Origin: an uncultured Candidatus Binatia bacterium
GTDB lineage: Bacteria > Desulfobacterota > Binatia > UBA9968 > JAJDTQ01
Assembly (NCBI GenBank): GCA_965242525.1
Contig: OZ251459.1
Coordinates: forward strand, 1,696,001-1,760,000
DNA length: 64,000 nt
Reading direction: 5' to 3'
The notes below the pieces were generated by a model. It did not search any database, was not told the origin of the DNA, and saw only the letters and a program-made list of their open reading frames with translations. Shown in pieces: positions 30,372 through 39,369 of this stretch (within the stretch, counting starts at the first letter, position 1; every line of letters begins with the position of its first letter). The position numbers and the translations under genes are program-made.

Positions 30372-33300
30372 CTTTTCAGTAGAATGGCGGCGATGCGGCG
30401 GGCGGTATCGGTAAAGCGCCGGACTTCCTCCGGCCGCAGCGGGCGGTCCAGGATGTCGCGTTCGCGGTAGGAAAGCCATTTCTTGAGGACCTGGTAGCCG
30501 CCCAGTTTGTAGTTCCAGACCGCGGCGGGGACGTTGCGCCAAAAGGCGCGGTCGTTCAGGCATACGTCGAACGTCGTGTCGCCGAGGGCAGGGAGGGTAT
30601 CGCCCATGGCGGCGCGTTCGTCCGGCGTAAAGGCGCGTTCGATAGCTTGACCCTGGCCGGGCATGACTGCCCCGCCCGCTCCGACGTGGCCCCATCCCGC
30701 GGTGAGGGCGAAGTGGTCGCCGGTCATGTTGCGCCCGTCCGTGGTGGCGGGAACGGCAACGGCGGCGAACTCCGGGCGCAACGGGCCCGTGGTGACGCCG
30801 GGAACCGGCGTATCGGGGTCGAGCAGGGCTGCGAGTTGGCGGCCTCGGGCGGCCGATCGGGCGAGGGCGTCAGCCGCTTCAGTGGTCTCCCTGTCCGTGG
30901 ATGCGGAGCCTCGTTCGGATGCGGGCGGGACGCCCGCGTTCCCAGGAAAGTCGCATTCCCCGGCTGGCTCACGGCCCTCATAAGCGGGGAACTTCCCTGG
31001 GAGCGCGGGCGTCCCGCCCGCAGGGGTGGGGAGCAAGGCAGAGCGGGGTGAAGCCGGCGATACCCCTGCGGTTCCGGGGGCGGGCCAACCTAGAAGCGGG
31101 ATGCGCGGCCACTCCATGCGCAGCGCTCCGGCGTTGGCCTCTTGGTAAGCAGGATCATGGAGCACGGCGAGGACGTGGTGGAACAAATCCTCGACGCCAA
31201 GGCCGAGGCGGTTGAGGTAGCGCCGGGCGGCGGCCGAGAGGTTGGGGCGATTGCGGGGGGCGCCGGTGTCGCTTCCGATACCGTGCGCCGAGGAAGGTCG
31301 CTGCCCTGAATCCAACGATACCCATTCCATGGTCGCCGGTGTCGCTTCCAATACCGTGCGCCGCAGGAGCGGGCGGCCATGCTCCGGGGTGTCGCCATCG
31401 CTCCCACTGTGGCTATCGCGGAGCCATGCGGGAATACATGTTGCACTGCGGTCCATGAGATCGATGCATCCGATATGCGTGATTGCTTGTGGTGGCGACC
31501 ATTCCCGGCGAGGTTTCTGCTGTGCCACCAGCCATTCGTTCCCTTGGAACACGTGCGCTCTATAGTCGGCGCGCTTCTCGTCGAGCAGTTTGGTTTCCGC
31601 CTCCCAATACAGCCATCGGTTGTCGAACGGACGATAGGCGAAACGGACGAAACCGGCTTCGTCCGGCCCGCCGCGGGCAAGCAGCGCCTCGCGCACCGCA
31701 CGGGCGTCGAAGCGCGCTGTCGCTTTCATCGCCGCCGGGTAGCGCCGAGCGATCTCCTCGTGGCTCAAGCCCGGATCGAAATAGTCCCCGACCCGCGCTT
31801 TCAACAGGTCGAGATCCACATCGACGAGGAACGGGTCCCGGCTAGTCTTGACCCCCGGAAGCGACACCGGGAACAAGTCGGGCAGGGATGGCCAGTCGAA
31901 CCAGCCCTCGCTCACCGCCATCGGCTTGAACGGCAAACCGAGGCGAAGCGCGGGTTCCAGCGTCGCATAACCGGAATCCATGTCGGGAGCGTCAAGGCTC
32001 CCCAACATCGCCTGCCGTCTTTCCGCAGCACGCGCATGATGGAAATCCCGGTACAGGATGCGTCCCCTCGCGGACGCGCCGCTTCCCGACCTCGACAACA
32101 ATGCGATGCTGGCGCCGACCTTGATCCCCGGCGATTGTCCTTGCAGGGCAAACACCGTTTCGCTGGTCCGTCCGTCAGGGGCGTACTCCGAAACGATGCG
32201 GTCGCCATGCAGGTTGTCGATGCGCACCGCGTCGAAGGCTTCCAGGTAGCGTTCCCGCATCCCCGTGAACGACAGGCCGTCGAGCCAGGAGTAGTTGGAG
32301 ATGAAGCAGACCACGCCCCGACCGGTCTTCTCCGCAATGCGCCGTTCCGCCATGCGGAAGAAGCGCACGTACAGGTCGTTCAACCCCTGTCCCTCCGGCC
32401 TCCGCACCCTCCTGGTCCTTCGGTAGGATTCCGAAAGCTCCCGCTCCTCGTCCACCGCCAAGCCCGCGAAGCCGTTGTAGGGCGGGTTGCCCAGAATCAC
32501 CAGGATGGGCGTGTCCTGTTTCACCCGCTCCGCACGGTCCCGTTCCTCCTCCAGTTCCGGGAAGGGCAAGGGCTTGATCGTGTGCGGCTCCCAGCCGGTC
32601 AGGGCGTTGGTGAGGAAGACGCCGGGCCGTTCCATGCCGTCGTCCTTCAGGGGCGCGTCCAGGTCCTGCATGGTCAGTCCCACTTGCAGGTGAGCCACCA
32701 CGAAGGGCGCGGGCATGATCTCGAAGCCGAACACCCGCTCGGTGGCCGCCTGCTTCACCCGCGCCCCGGCCAACGCTCCCAGGCCGCTGCCTTCCAGGTT
32801 GGCTGCGATGCGGCGCAGCACTTCCGCCAAGTAAGCCCCGGTGCCGCAGCACGGGTCCAGCACATAGACGTTCTCTGCAGCCAGCCCCTCCGGGATGCCC
32901 AGATCGTCCCTCAGCGCTCGGTCCACGCGGGCCACCATGTAGCGCACCACTTCGGAGGGGGTGTACCAGACGCCCAGTTGCTTGCGCAGGTCGGGGTCGA
33001 AGGCTTCGAGGAAGGGTTCGTAGAAGTAGGGCACGGCCTCGCCTTCGTGGAAGCGGGAGAAGAAGGCCGCGTGGTCCACCCGGTCCAGTGCGGCCGCGGT
33101 CCAGTCCAGCACTTCGACGAGACCCAGCGGTTGCAGGCGGTTGGGAGCAGAGATTTGTTGAAACAAGGCTTGCAGGACCGGCGCGCGCAGGTGCCAGATC
33201 GCTTCGCGCCAGTGGAAGGAAGCGGGCGGGACGCCCGCGTTCCCAGGGGGGACGTTGGCAGGGGGGACGTTGGCAGGGGCGACGTTGGCGGGGGGGACAT

Positions 33301-34111
33301 TGGCAGGGACGTTCGGAGTGCCGGCCCTTGCCCACAGCACCCAGGCGGAGAAGACGCCGTAGAAGAGCGTCTGCACCAGGGTCGAACGGAAGAAGCGCGC
33401 GCCTTTCTCTCCCTTGAAGCGGACGCCCAATGCCTCTTCCAGCGCCTTGCGCACCGCCTCCAACGAGGGCGCATCGCCCGCGGCCTCGACACGGGCCAAG
33501 CCATCCCTGGCATAGGAGGCCAGCAGCCACGCCAAGTCTTTGGGTTCGGCCAACGCCGCCCGGTGCGACAGCGCCCGGCACAGGTATTCGCCCAAGCCCG
33601 CACCCACCTCCCGGGCAAAGGTGCGGGGATGCTCCAACTTGCGGCGGAAGTCGTCCGCGCCATCCGCCAGACGGAAGGTCTCCAGTTTCGCCGCACGACC
33701 CGCGGCGTCTTCGCCCACCAGCACGAAATCGCGGGTGTTGGTCACCAGCACCAGCCGGTAGCGGTTCCAATAGCGGCTTACCTGATCGCCCGCCGCGGTG
33801 AGCCATGCGTCGTCGTCAGCGGCCTTCACTTCCACCACACCGCGCTCCGGTGTTTGGCCCTCACGCGCTTGGCCCCGCTGGACCTGCTTTGCCGCAAAGA
33901 GACCAAAATCGGGATGGCCCGCGCCCTGGTCAGCAAGCTCCTGGACGCAGAATACCTTGGGCTTGAGGGCCGTGCCCACGGCGTTCAGCAGGTTTGCCAG
34001 CGGTCCGTAGCTCGATCGCTCGCCGGTGGCGCCGCCCGAGGCGCGAACCCGCCCCAGGTCGGCAAAGTATGTCTCTACTGCCGCTGTGAGGTTCGCGTTC
34101 GCTGCCGTCAT
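30347..34111 (-). CDS. Single-chain restriction-modification enzyme (PD-(D/E)xK nuclease + N6-adenine MTase + Type ISP-like C-terminal TRD; Type IIG-like)
   Basis: HPDFG...VVEVK, GVWYTP, LDPCCGTG, GNPPY, YRPFD, C-terminal VWNYKLGGYQVLKKWLSYR; AAGGAG RBS; no helicase motifs seen. Confidence 0.9.
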   Translation of the reverse strand: MTAANANLTAAVETYFADLGRVRASGGATGERSSYGPLANLLNAVGTALKPKVFCVQELADQGAGHPDFGLFAAKQVQRGQAREGQTPERGVVEVKAADDDAWLTAAGDQVSRYWNRYRLVLVTNTRDFVLVGEDAAGRAAKLETFRLADGADDFRRKLEHPRTFAREVGAGLGEYLCRALSHRAALAEPKDLAWLLASYARDGLARVEAAGDAPSLEAVRKALEEALGVRFKGEKGARFFRSTLVQTLFYGVFSAWVLWARAGTPNVPANVPPANVAPANVPPANVPPGNAGVPPASFHWREAIWHLRAPVLQALFQQISAPNRLQPLGLVEVLDWTAAALDRVDHAAFFSRFHEGEAVPYFYEPFLEAFDPDLRKQLGVWYTPSEVVRYMVARVDRALRDDLGIPEGLAAENVYVLDPCCGTGAYLAEVLRRIAANLEGSGLGALAGARVKQAATERVFGFEIMPAPFVVAHLQVGLTMQDLDAPLKDDGMERPGVFLTNALTGWEPHTIKPLPFPELEEERDRAERVKQDTPILVILGNPPYNGFAGLAVDEERELSESYRRTRRVRRPEGQGLNDLYVRFFRMAERRIAEKTGRGVVCFISNYSWLDGLSFTGMRERYLEAFDAVRIDNLHGDRIVSEYAPDGRTSETVFALQGQSPGIKVGASIALLSRSGSGASARGRILYRDFHHARAAERRQAMLGSLDAPDMDSGYATLEPALRLGLPFKPMAVSEGWFDWPSLPDLFPVSLPGVKTSRDPFLVDVDLDLLKARVGDYFDPGLSHEEIARRYPAAMKATARFDARAVREALLARGGPDEAGFVRFAYRPFDNRWLYWEAETKLLDEKRADYRAHVFQGNEWLVAQQKPRREWSPPQAITHIGCIDLMDRSATCIPAWLRDSHSGSDGDTPEHGRPLLRRTVLEATPATMEWVSLDSGQRPSSAHGIGSDTGAPRNRPNLSAAARRYLNRLGLGVEDLFHHVLAVLHDPAYQEANAGALRMEWPRIPLLGWPAPGTAGVSPASPRSALLPTPAGGTPALPGKFPAYEGREPAGECDFPGNAGVPPASERGSASTDRETTEAADALARSAARGRQLAALLDPDTPVPGVTTGPLRPEFAAVAVPATTDGRNMTGDHFALTAGWGHVGAGGAVMPGQGQAIERAFTPDERAAMGDTLPALGDTTFDVCLNDRAFWRNVPAAVWNYKLGGYQVLKKWLSYRERDILDRPLRPEEVRRFTDTARRIAAILLKSGFPLSRE
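30921..31078. repeat. REP family 3 cluster inside the CDS, alternating orientation
   Basis: GCGGGCGGGACGCCCGCGTTCCCAGG (30921-30946), inverted copy 30996-31021, degenerate copy ~31052-31078. Confidence 0.8.
33222..33313. repeat. REP family 3 copy plus 15-bp tandem repeat inside the CDS
   Basis: 26-mer identical to 30921-30946, followed by 4-5 GGGGGGACGTTGGCA-like units encoding ANVPP. Confidence 0.85.
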
Positions 34112-34164
34112 GGTCTCCTTTGTTGCCGAGCGCGGCCTGACATGCAAGCACTGCACATGCCCGC

Positions 34165-34240
34165 ACCCTCTCCCCAACCCTCTTCCAGAGGGGAGCGCGT
34201 CCTTCGACTTCGCTTCGCTACGCTCAGGACGAACGGAGGG
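34165..34240 (+). repeat. CCCTCTCCCC-type palindrome fused to a REP family 2 unit
   Basis: CACCCTCTCCCCAACCCTCTTCCAGAGGGGAG then CGTCCTTCGACTTCGCTTCGCTACGCTCAGGACGAACGG. Confidence 0.7.
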
Positions 34241-34372
34241 TGGAATCCCATCGCTCTCTCTCGTCCTCCACTGGCATCAACGGAGATGGCCATGTGTAAC
34301 CATGTTGGCGCTTCAGGAATTCGTGTGGGTTGTGACACTCCCCACCCCTCATTCCCGCGGAAGCCTCGCCTC

Positions 34373-34625
34373 GTCATTCCCGCGAAAGCGGGAATCCAGA
34401 CCCTGCGGGCAAACCCTGTGGGCGCCCTGTACGAGAGGTTTGTACAACGAGAGCGAGGAAACCGGATGGATTCCCGCTTTCGCGGGAATGACGAGAGGGT
34501 GGGCGGCTGTGGGAATGACGAAGGATGGGCGGCTGCAGAGCAATGCCCCCGTCCGTCCACAGGGCCGTGGGCAGTCTTGCAAGTGGGAATGACGTGGGGT
34601 GGGCGGCTGCGGAGCAACGACGGCG
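34373..34625. repeat. Inverted REP family 1 doublet plus decaying half-REP units
   Basis: 34373-34398(+) and 34467-34492(-), followed by GGGAATGAC...GGGCGGCTG units. Confidence 0.85.
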
Positions 34626-34690
34626 TGACCCCTGTTGCTCCCCTCTCCCTCCTGATTTACCCACTCGAAAGACGGAAGAGGCTCTCTTTC

Positions 34691-35069
34691 GGAACCTCTG
34701 AACAATCGAGACGTCCAGGATGGATTCCCGATTCTCTCACCCTGACGCCCCTATCCCCGTTCGTCCTGAGCGTAGCGAAGCGAAGTCCTCTCGTTCGTCC
34801 TGAGCGTAGCGAAGCGAAGTCCTCTCGTTCGTCCTGAGCGTAGCGAAGCGGAGTCCTCCCGTTCATCCTGAGCGTAGCGAAGTGGAGTCCTCCCGTTCAT
34901 CCTGAGCGTAGCGAAGTGGAGTCCTCCCGTTCATCCTGAGCGTAGCGAAGCGGAGTCCTCCCGTTCATCCTGAGCGTAGCGAAGCGGAGTCCTCCCGTTC
35001 ATCCTGAGCGTAGCGAAGCGGAGTCGAAGGACGCGCTCATGCCCCCTGTCCCGATCGTTCAGGGGTTCC
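34691..35069. mobile_element. MITE-like element B (subfamily I) containing an 8 x 34-bp tandem array
   Basis: GGAACCTCTGAACAATCG...CGATCGTTCAGGGGTTCC with TTTC on both flanks; units at 34758 + 34n, ending at 35025. Confidence 0.8.
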
Positions 35070-35105
35070 TTTCCGGGGTCGGGAGGAAACCCGATGTTCG
35101 CGCGT

Positions 35106-35705
35106 TCAAGGGATCGGCCAGAACTCCCGGGTGTGGGCTCCCCAAGGGCGTCGCCCGAAGATCCGACGCAGCTTCGGCTCGAAGTGCTCGATGGGCCGGG
35201 TGTCGTATTCCGGGTCGAAGGACATCTGGTCGTAGTCGCGGCAGAAGCGCTCGGTCATCTCGAAGGCGGGGTGGCCGCGGAAACGCTCACGCTCGTCCCG
35301 GTTACGCCCGATCTTGTCGAAATAGTAGTAGCCCTGGAAGACGCCGTGCTGCTCCAGCATCCAGTAAGTGGATCGGCTGACGTAGGGGCGCAGCACCTGT
35401 GCGCCAATCTGCTCGTGGTTGACGACGGCGAGGGTGTCGCCCAGGTCGTGCAGCACGCCGGCCACCACGATCTCGTCGCACTCCCCGGCGTTCTCGGCGC
35501 GGGTCGCGGTCTGCAGCGAGTGCACGTAGCGGTCCACCTGACCGCCCGGATAGCTCTGGCGCAAGAGCTCCAGGTGCGCCGCCACACGCTCCACGACGGC
35601 TTCCTCGAACGGTTTCCGCAGTTCCCTAGCCAGGGCATAGTCCTCCGCGGCGCCCCGGTCCATGCGGGTGTAACCCACCTTCATCCTGTGGTCGGCATCC
35701 GGCAT
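35106..35705 (-). CDS. HD-domain protein (PhnZ/TmpB-like metal-dependent subfamily)
   Basis: HSLQTATRA, LHDLGD, NH, HGVFQGYYY; GAGGAGGG RBS. Confidence 0.85.
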   Translation of the reverse strand: MPDADHRMKVGYTRMDRGAAEDYALARELRKPFEEAVVERVAAHLELLRQSYPGGQVDRYVHSLQTATRAENAGECDEIVVAGVLHDLGDTLAVVNHEQIGAQVLRPYVSRSTYWMLEQHGVFQGYYYFDKIGRNRDERERFRGHPAFEMTERFCRDYDQMSFDPEYDTRPIEHFEPKLRRIFGRRPWGAHTREFWPIP

Positions 35706-36049
35706 ACGACCCCTCCTCGGCCGAGAGTCCGTCCATCCTACCCCGAACCGCCGCGCGACTTCCAGACGCAGACCCGCACCGCCCGGTTGGCGGACCGCAA
35801 TTTGCAGGAAGTGATGGAAAAACTGCGTGACTTCCGGACGCCGACCCGCACCGGCCGGAGGGGCGTCCGGGCCGCCCTGCCGGACGCATCCTCGGGCCGC
35901 CGGGCGGCCATGTCGGACCCCGGGAGGAGCGCTGAACGACAGGGGCGCAAACTCTGTTGCATTCCCGTATGACATGTGGCATGGAGAACCACCAAACCGG
36001 AAGCGCGGCGGCGGACCGCCGTCGAAGCCTCACGTCCAAGGAGGACAAG

Positions 36050-37015
36050 ATGAAACGTTTATTCGCGATGGTGCTCGGATTGGCCCTGTGCGGCGGCGTG
36101 GCGGCGACCGCGAAGGACGCGGCTGCCCAGAACTTCCTCGTGGTCGGGGGCGGATCGACCACCGGGGTCTATTACCAGGTGGCCCTGAACGTCTGCAAGC
36201 TGGTCAACGACAACCTGAAGGCGCAGGGCTACAACTGCATCGGCCGGCCGGCCCTCGGCTCCGTCTTCAACATCAACGCCATCAGGAGGGGCCTGCTCAA
36301 CTACGGCGTCGCCCAGTCCGACCGGGTCTGGCAGGCGTACAACGGCAGCGCCAACTGGGAGGGCAAAGCCGACAAGGGGCTGCGCACGGTCTTCAGCGCC
36401 CACCCCGAGACGGTCATGGTGGTGGCCCGCAAGGACACCGGCATCCGGTCGCTCCAGGACCTCAAGGGCAGGCGCGTCAACATCGGCAACCCCGGTTCCG
36501 GACAGCGGGGCAACGCCCTGGACGTGCTGCGCCTCTCGGGCATCGACAAGGACAAGGACATCAAGGCCGAAGGACTGCAACAGCACGAAGCCAACCGGGC
36601 GCTGGTGGACAAGAAGATCGACGCCTTCTTCTACACCGTGGGCAACCCCTGGGGCGGCGGCCTGGAGATCGCCAACAGCACCGCCATCACCATGGTCCCC
36701 CTGAACACGCCGGCCATCGAGAAGCTGGTTGCGGACAACCCCTACTACGTCATGACCGCCATCCCCGGAGGGATCTACAAGGGCGTGGACAAGGACGTGC
36801 CCACCTATGCGGTGAAAGCGACCTTCGTGACCGGCGAGAAGGAGCCCGCGGACCAGGTCTATGCCGTGGTCAAGACGGTGTTCGAGAACCTCGACAAGCT
36901 CCGCGGCCTGCACCCTGCGTTCCAGATCCTGAAGCCCAAGGACATGCTGAAGGGCCTCTCCGCCCCGATGCATCCGGGCGCGGTGCGCTACTACAAGGAA
37001 AAGGGCTTGATGTAG
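36050..37015 (+). CDS. TAXI-family TRAP transporter solute-binding protein
   Basis: Signal peptide, GSTTGVYY, GSVFN, AQSD, GNPGSG, PMHPGAVRYY. Confidence 0.95.
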   Translation: MKRLFAMVLGLALCGGVAATAKDAAAQNFLVVGGGSTTGVYYQVALNVCKLVNDNLKAQGYNCIGRPALGSVFNINAIRRGLLNYGVAQSDRVWQAYNGSANWEGKADKGLRTVFSAHPETVMVVARKDTGIRSLQDLKGRRVNIGNPGSGQRGNALDVLRLSGIDKDKDIKAEGLQQHEANRALVDKKIDAFFYTVGNPWGGGLEIANSTAITMVPLNTPAIEKLVADNPYYVMTAIPGGIYKGVDKDVPTYAVKATFVTGEKEPADQVYAVVKTVFENLDKLRGLHPAFQILKPKDMLKGLSAPMHPGAVRYYKEKGLM

Positions 37016-37040
37016 CGGTTGCCCTCTCCATCCCGGGTTC

Positions 37041-37071
37041 CGGGGCCGGCGGCCTGAGGCTGCCGGCCCCG
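37041..37071 (+). promoter_or_regulatory. Intergenic GC-rich hairpin (mRNA stabiliser or partial terminator)
   Basis: CGGGGCCGGCGGCC-TGA-GGCTGCCGGCCCCG, no U tract. Confidence 0.5.
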
Positions 37072-37113
37072 AGCCGTGCCGGAAACCGCGGATGACCCGC
37101 GCTGGGCTTTGCC

Positions 37114-39294
37114 GTGGACTCCCCGAACCCTGACGACCGTTCCAGCGAAACCGCAGACTTGGACGCGTTGGCCGATCTGGGCGAGGCGGAAGGCAAGGTC
37201 CGCGCTCCCGGCGGCGCGACCGGCGGCTTCCTCTGGGCCCTAGCCCTCTGCTGGTCCCTGTTCCAGCTCTACATCGCCTACCGGCCCCTCAACTCCATCA
37301 TCGCCCGCAGCATCCACCTGACCTTCGCAGTGGTGCTGGTCTATCTGTCGTTCCCGTCCATCCGCCGGGCTGCGACGCTGGAGCGGGTGCGGGCCCTCGC
37401 CCGACGGCTGTTTCCGGGACGCCCGGAGCCGGACCCCAACGCGGTCCCCCGGTACGATTTCCTGCTGGCGGCCTTGGCCGCTTGCGGCGCCGCCTACCTG
37501 GCCTGGGACTACGAGGGCATCGTGCACCGCTCCGGCCTGCCGCTGGAGCGGGACGTGTACATCGGCGCGGTGTTCGTGGTGTTCCTGCTGGAGGCCGCCC
37601 GCCGTTCCCTGGGGCTCGCCCTCCCCGCCCTGGCCGCGGTCTTCCTGCTCTACTGCTTCATCGGTCCGTGGCTGCCGCGCTTCCTCGCGCACCCGGGCAT
37701 CCCGCTCGATTTCGTGGTGGACCACATGTACCTCTCGGACAGCGGCATCTGGGGCGTGCCGCTGGGGGTGTCCACGGACTTCGTCTTCCTCTTCGTCCTC
37801 TTCGGGTCGCTGCTGGAGCGGGCCGGGGCCGCAGAATACTTCGTGCAGGTGGCCTTCGCCATGCTGGGGCGCTTCCGGGGCGGACCGGCCAAGGCCGCGG
37901 TGCTGGCCTCGGGCCTCACCGGGATGGTGTCCGGATCGTCCATCGCCAACGTGGCCACCACCGGCACGTTCACCATCCCCCTCATGAAACGCGTGGGCCT
38001 GCCCGACTACAAGGCCGGCGCCGTGGAGGTGGGCGCGAGCACCAACGGCCAGCTCCTGCCGCCGGTCATGGGCGCCGCGGCCTTCATCATGGCGGAGTTC
38101 CTCGGGCTCCCGTACATCGACGTGGTGACCGCGGCGGCCATCCCCGCGGTGCTTTCCTACATCGCCCTGCTCTACGTGGTCCACCTGGAAGCCCTCAAGC
38201 TGGACCTCACCGCCCTGCCCGAAGAAGAGCTGCCGCGGTTCTGGCCCACTTTCCTCAAGGGGATCCACTTCCTCGTCCCCATCCTGGCCCTGATCTACAC
38301 GCTGGTGGTCCTGCGGTTCTCCGCGGTCGCCGCGGCCTTCAACGCCATCCTCCTGACCCTGGCCATCATGGTGCTGCAGAGGGTCGCGCAGAGCTGCGCC
38401 GGGGTCCTCGGAACGGCGGCCGGGAACGGGCCGGACGGGGAGGGCCGCGGCTCCCTCGGACACGCGCTGCTGCAGGGCCTGGCCCTGAGCTTCCGGGAGA
38501 TACTGCAAGGGTTCGTGTCGGGGGCCCGGAACATGGCGCCCATCGCGGTGGCCACCGCGGCCGCGGGCATCATCGTGGGCACGGTCACCCTCACCGGCCT
38601 CAGCAGCCGGTTCATCGAGGCCATCGAGATCATCTCCCTGGGCAACGTCGTGCTCATGCTCCTCCTGACCGCGATCACGAGCCTGATCCTCGGCATGGGC
38701 CTGCCCACCACCGCCAACTACATCGTCATGGCGACACTCACCGCGCCGGTGATCGTCACCCTGGGAGGGCAGGCGGGGCTGGTGATCCCGGTGCTGGCGG
38801 CCCACCTGTTCGTGTTCTACTTCGGGATACTCGCGGACGACACGCCTCCGGTGGGGCTCGCCGCGTTCGCGGCCTCCGCCATCGCGGGGTCCGAACCCAT
38901 CAAGACGGGGCTCCAGGGGTTCACCTATGACCTGCGCACCGCGATCCTGCCCTTCGTGTTCGTGTTCAACCTGGAGTTGCTGCTGATCGCGGGCGTGGAC
39001 GCCGGCGGACAGATCATCTGGCTCGACAACGTGGTGCGGGTGGTGTGGGTGATACTGAACGGCCTAGTGGCCATGATGGCGTTCGCCGCGGCCTTGCAGG
39101 GATTCTTCGCCGACCGGTGCGGCTGGCCCGAGCGCGCGCTCCTGATGCTGGTCTGCATCACCGCGTTCCGTCCGGACCTGGTGGCGGGGGCGGAGGACTC
39201 GTGGCGCATGAGCGTGCAGTTCGGGGCCTGGGTGGTGTTCGCGGGCCTCTACCTGGTCCAGAGGAAGCGCCGGACCTCCCGCGCCGGGGCGTAG
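37114..39294 (+). CDS. TRAP transporter fused 4TM/12TM permease (TAXI type)
   Basis: GGPAKAAV, SGSSIAN, PPVMGAAAFIMAE, GMGLPTT, TPPVGLA. Confidence 0.95.
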   Translation: MDSPNPDDRSSETADLDALADLGEAEGKVRAPGGATGGFLWALALCWSLFQLYIAYRPLNSIIARSIHLTFAVVLVYLSFPSIRRAATLERVRALARRLFPGRPEPDPNAVPRYDFLLAALAACGAAYLAWDYEGIVHRSGLPLERDVYIGAVFVVFLLEAARRSLGLALPALAAVFLLYCFIGPWLPRFLAHPGIPLDFVVDHMYLSDSGIWGVPLGVSTDFVFLFVLFGSLLERAGAAEYFVQVAFAMLGRFRGGPAKAAVLASGLTGMVSGSSIANVATTGTFTIPLMKRVGLPDYKAGAVEVGASTNGQLLPPVMGAAAFIMAEFLGLPYIDVVTAAAIPAVLSYIALLYVVHLEALKLDLTALPEEELPRFWPTFLKGIHFLVPILALIYTLVVLRFSAVAAAFNAILLTLAIMVLQRVAQSCAGVLGTAAGNGPDGEGRGSLGHALLQGLALSFREILQGFVSGARNMAPIAVATAAAGIIVGTVTLTGLSSRFIEAIEIISLGNVVLMLLLTAITSLILGMGLPTTANYIVMATLTAPVIVTLGGQAGLVIPVLAAHLFVFYFGILADDTPPVGLAAFAASAIAGSEPIKTGLQGFTYDLRTAILPFVFVFNLELLLIAGVDAGGQIIWLDNVVRVVWVILNGLVAMMAFAAALQGFFADRCGWPERALLMLVCITAFRPDLVAGAEDSWRMSVQFGAWVVFAGLYLVQRKRRTSRAGA

Positions 39295-39369
39295 CCCACG
39301 GAGTGGCCCTCGCGTTCCTTTTCCTGTATAGAGGGGACCAACGCCTCCCGCGAACGAGGAGAACCACAC

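Noticed and set aside
34758-35025. CRISPR array
   Set aside because: The 34-bp units are head-to-tail with no unique spacers, and there are no cas genes in the window.
30087-35069. Composite transposon or prophage carrying the R-M gene
   Set aside because: There is no transposase, integrase or phage gene. The flanking MITEs belong to different subfamilies and share no outer target duplication.
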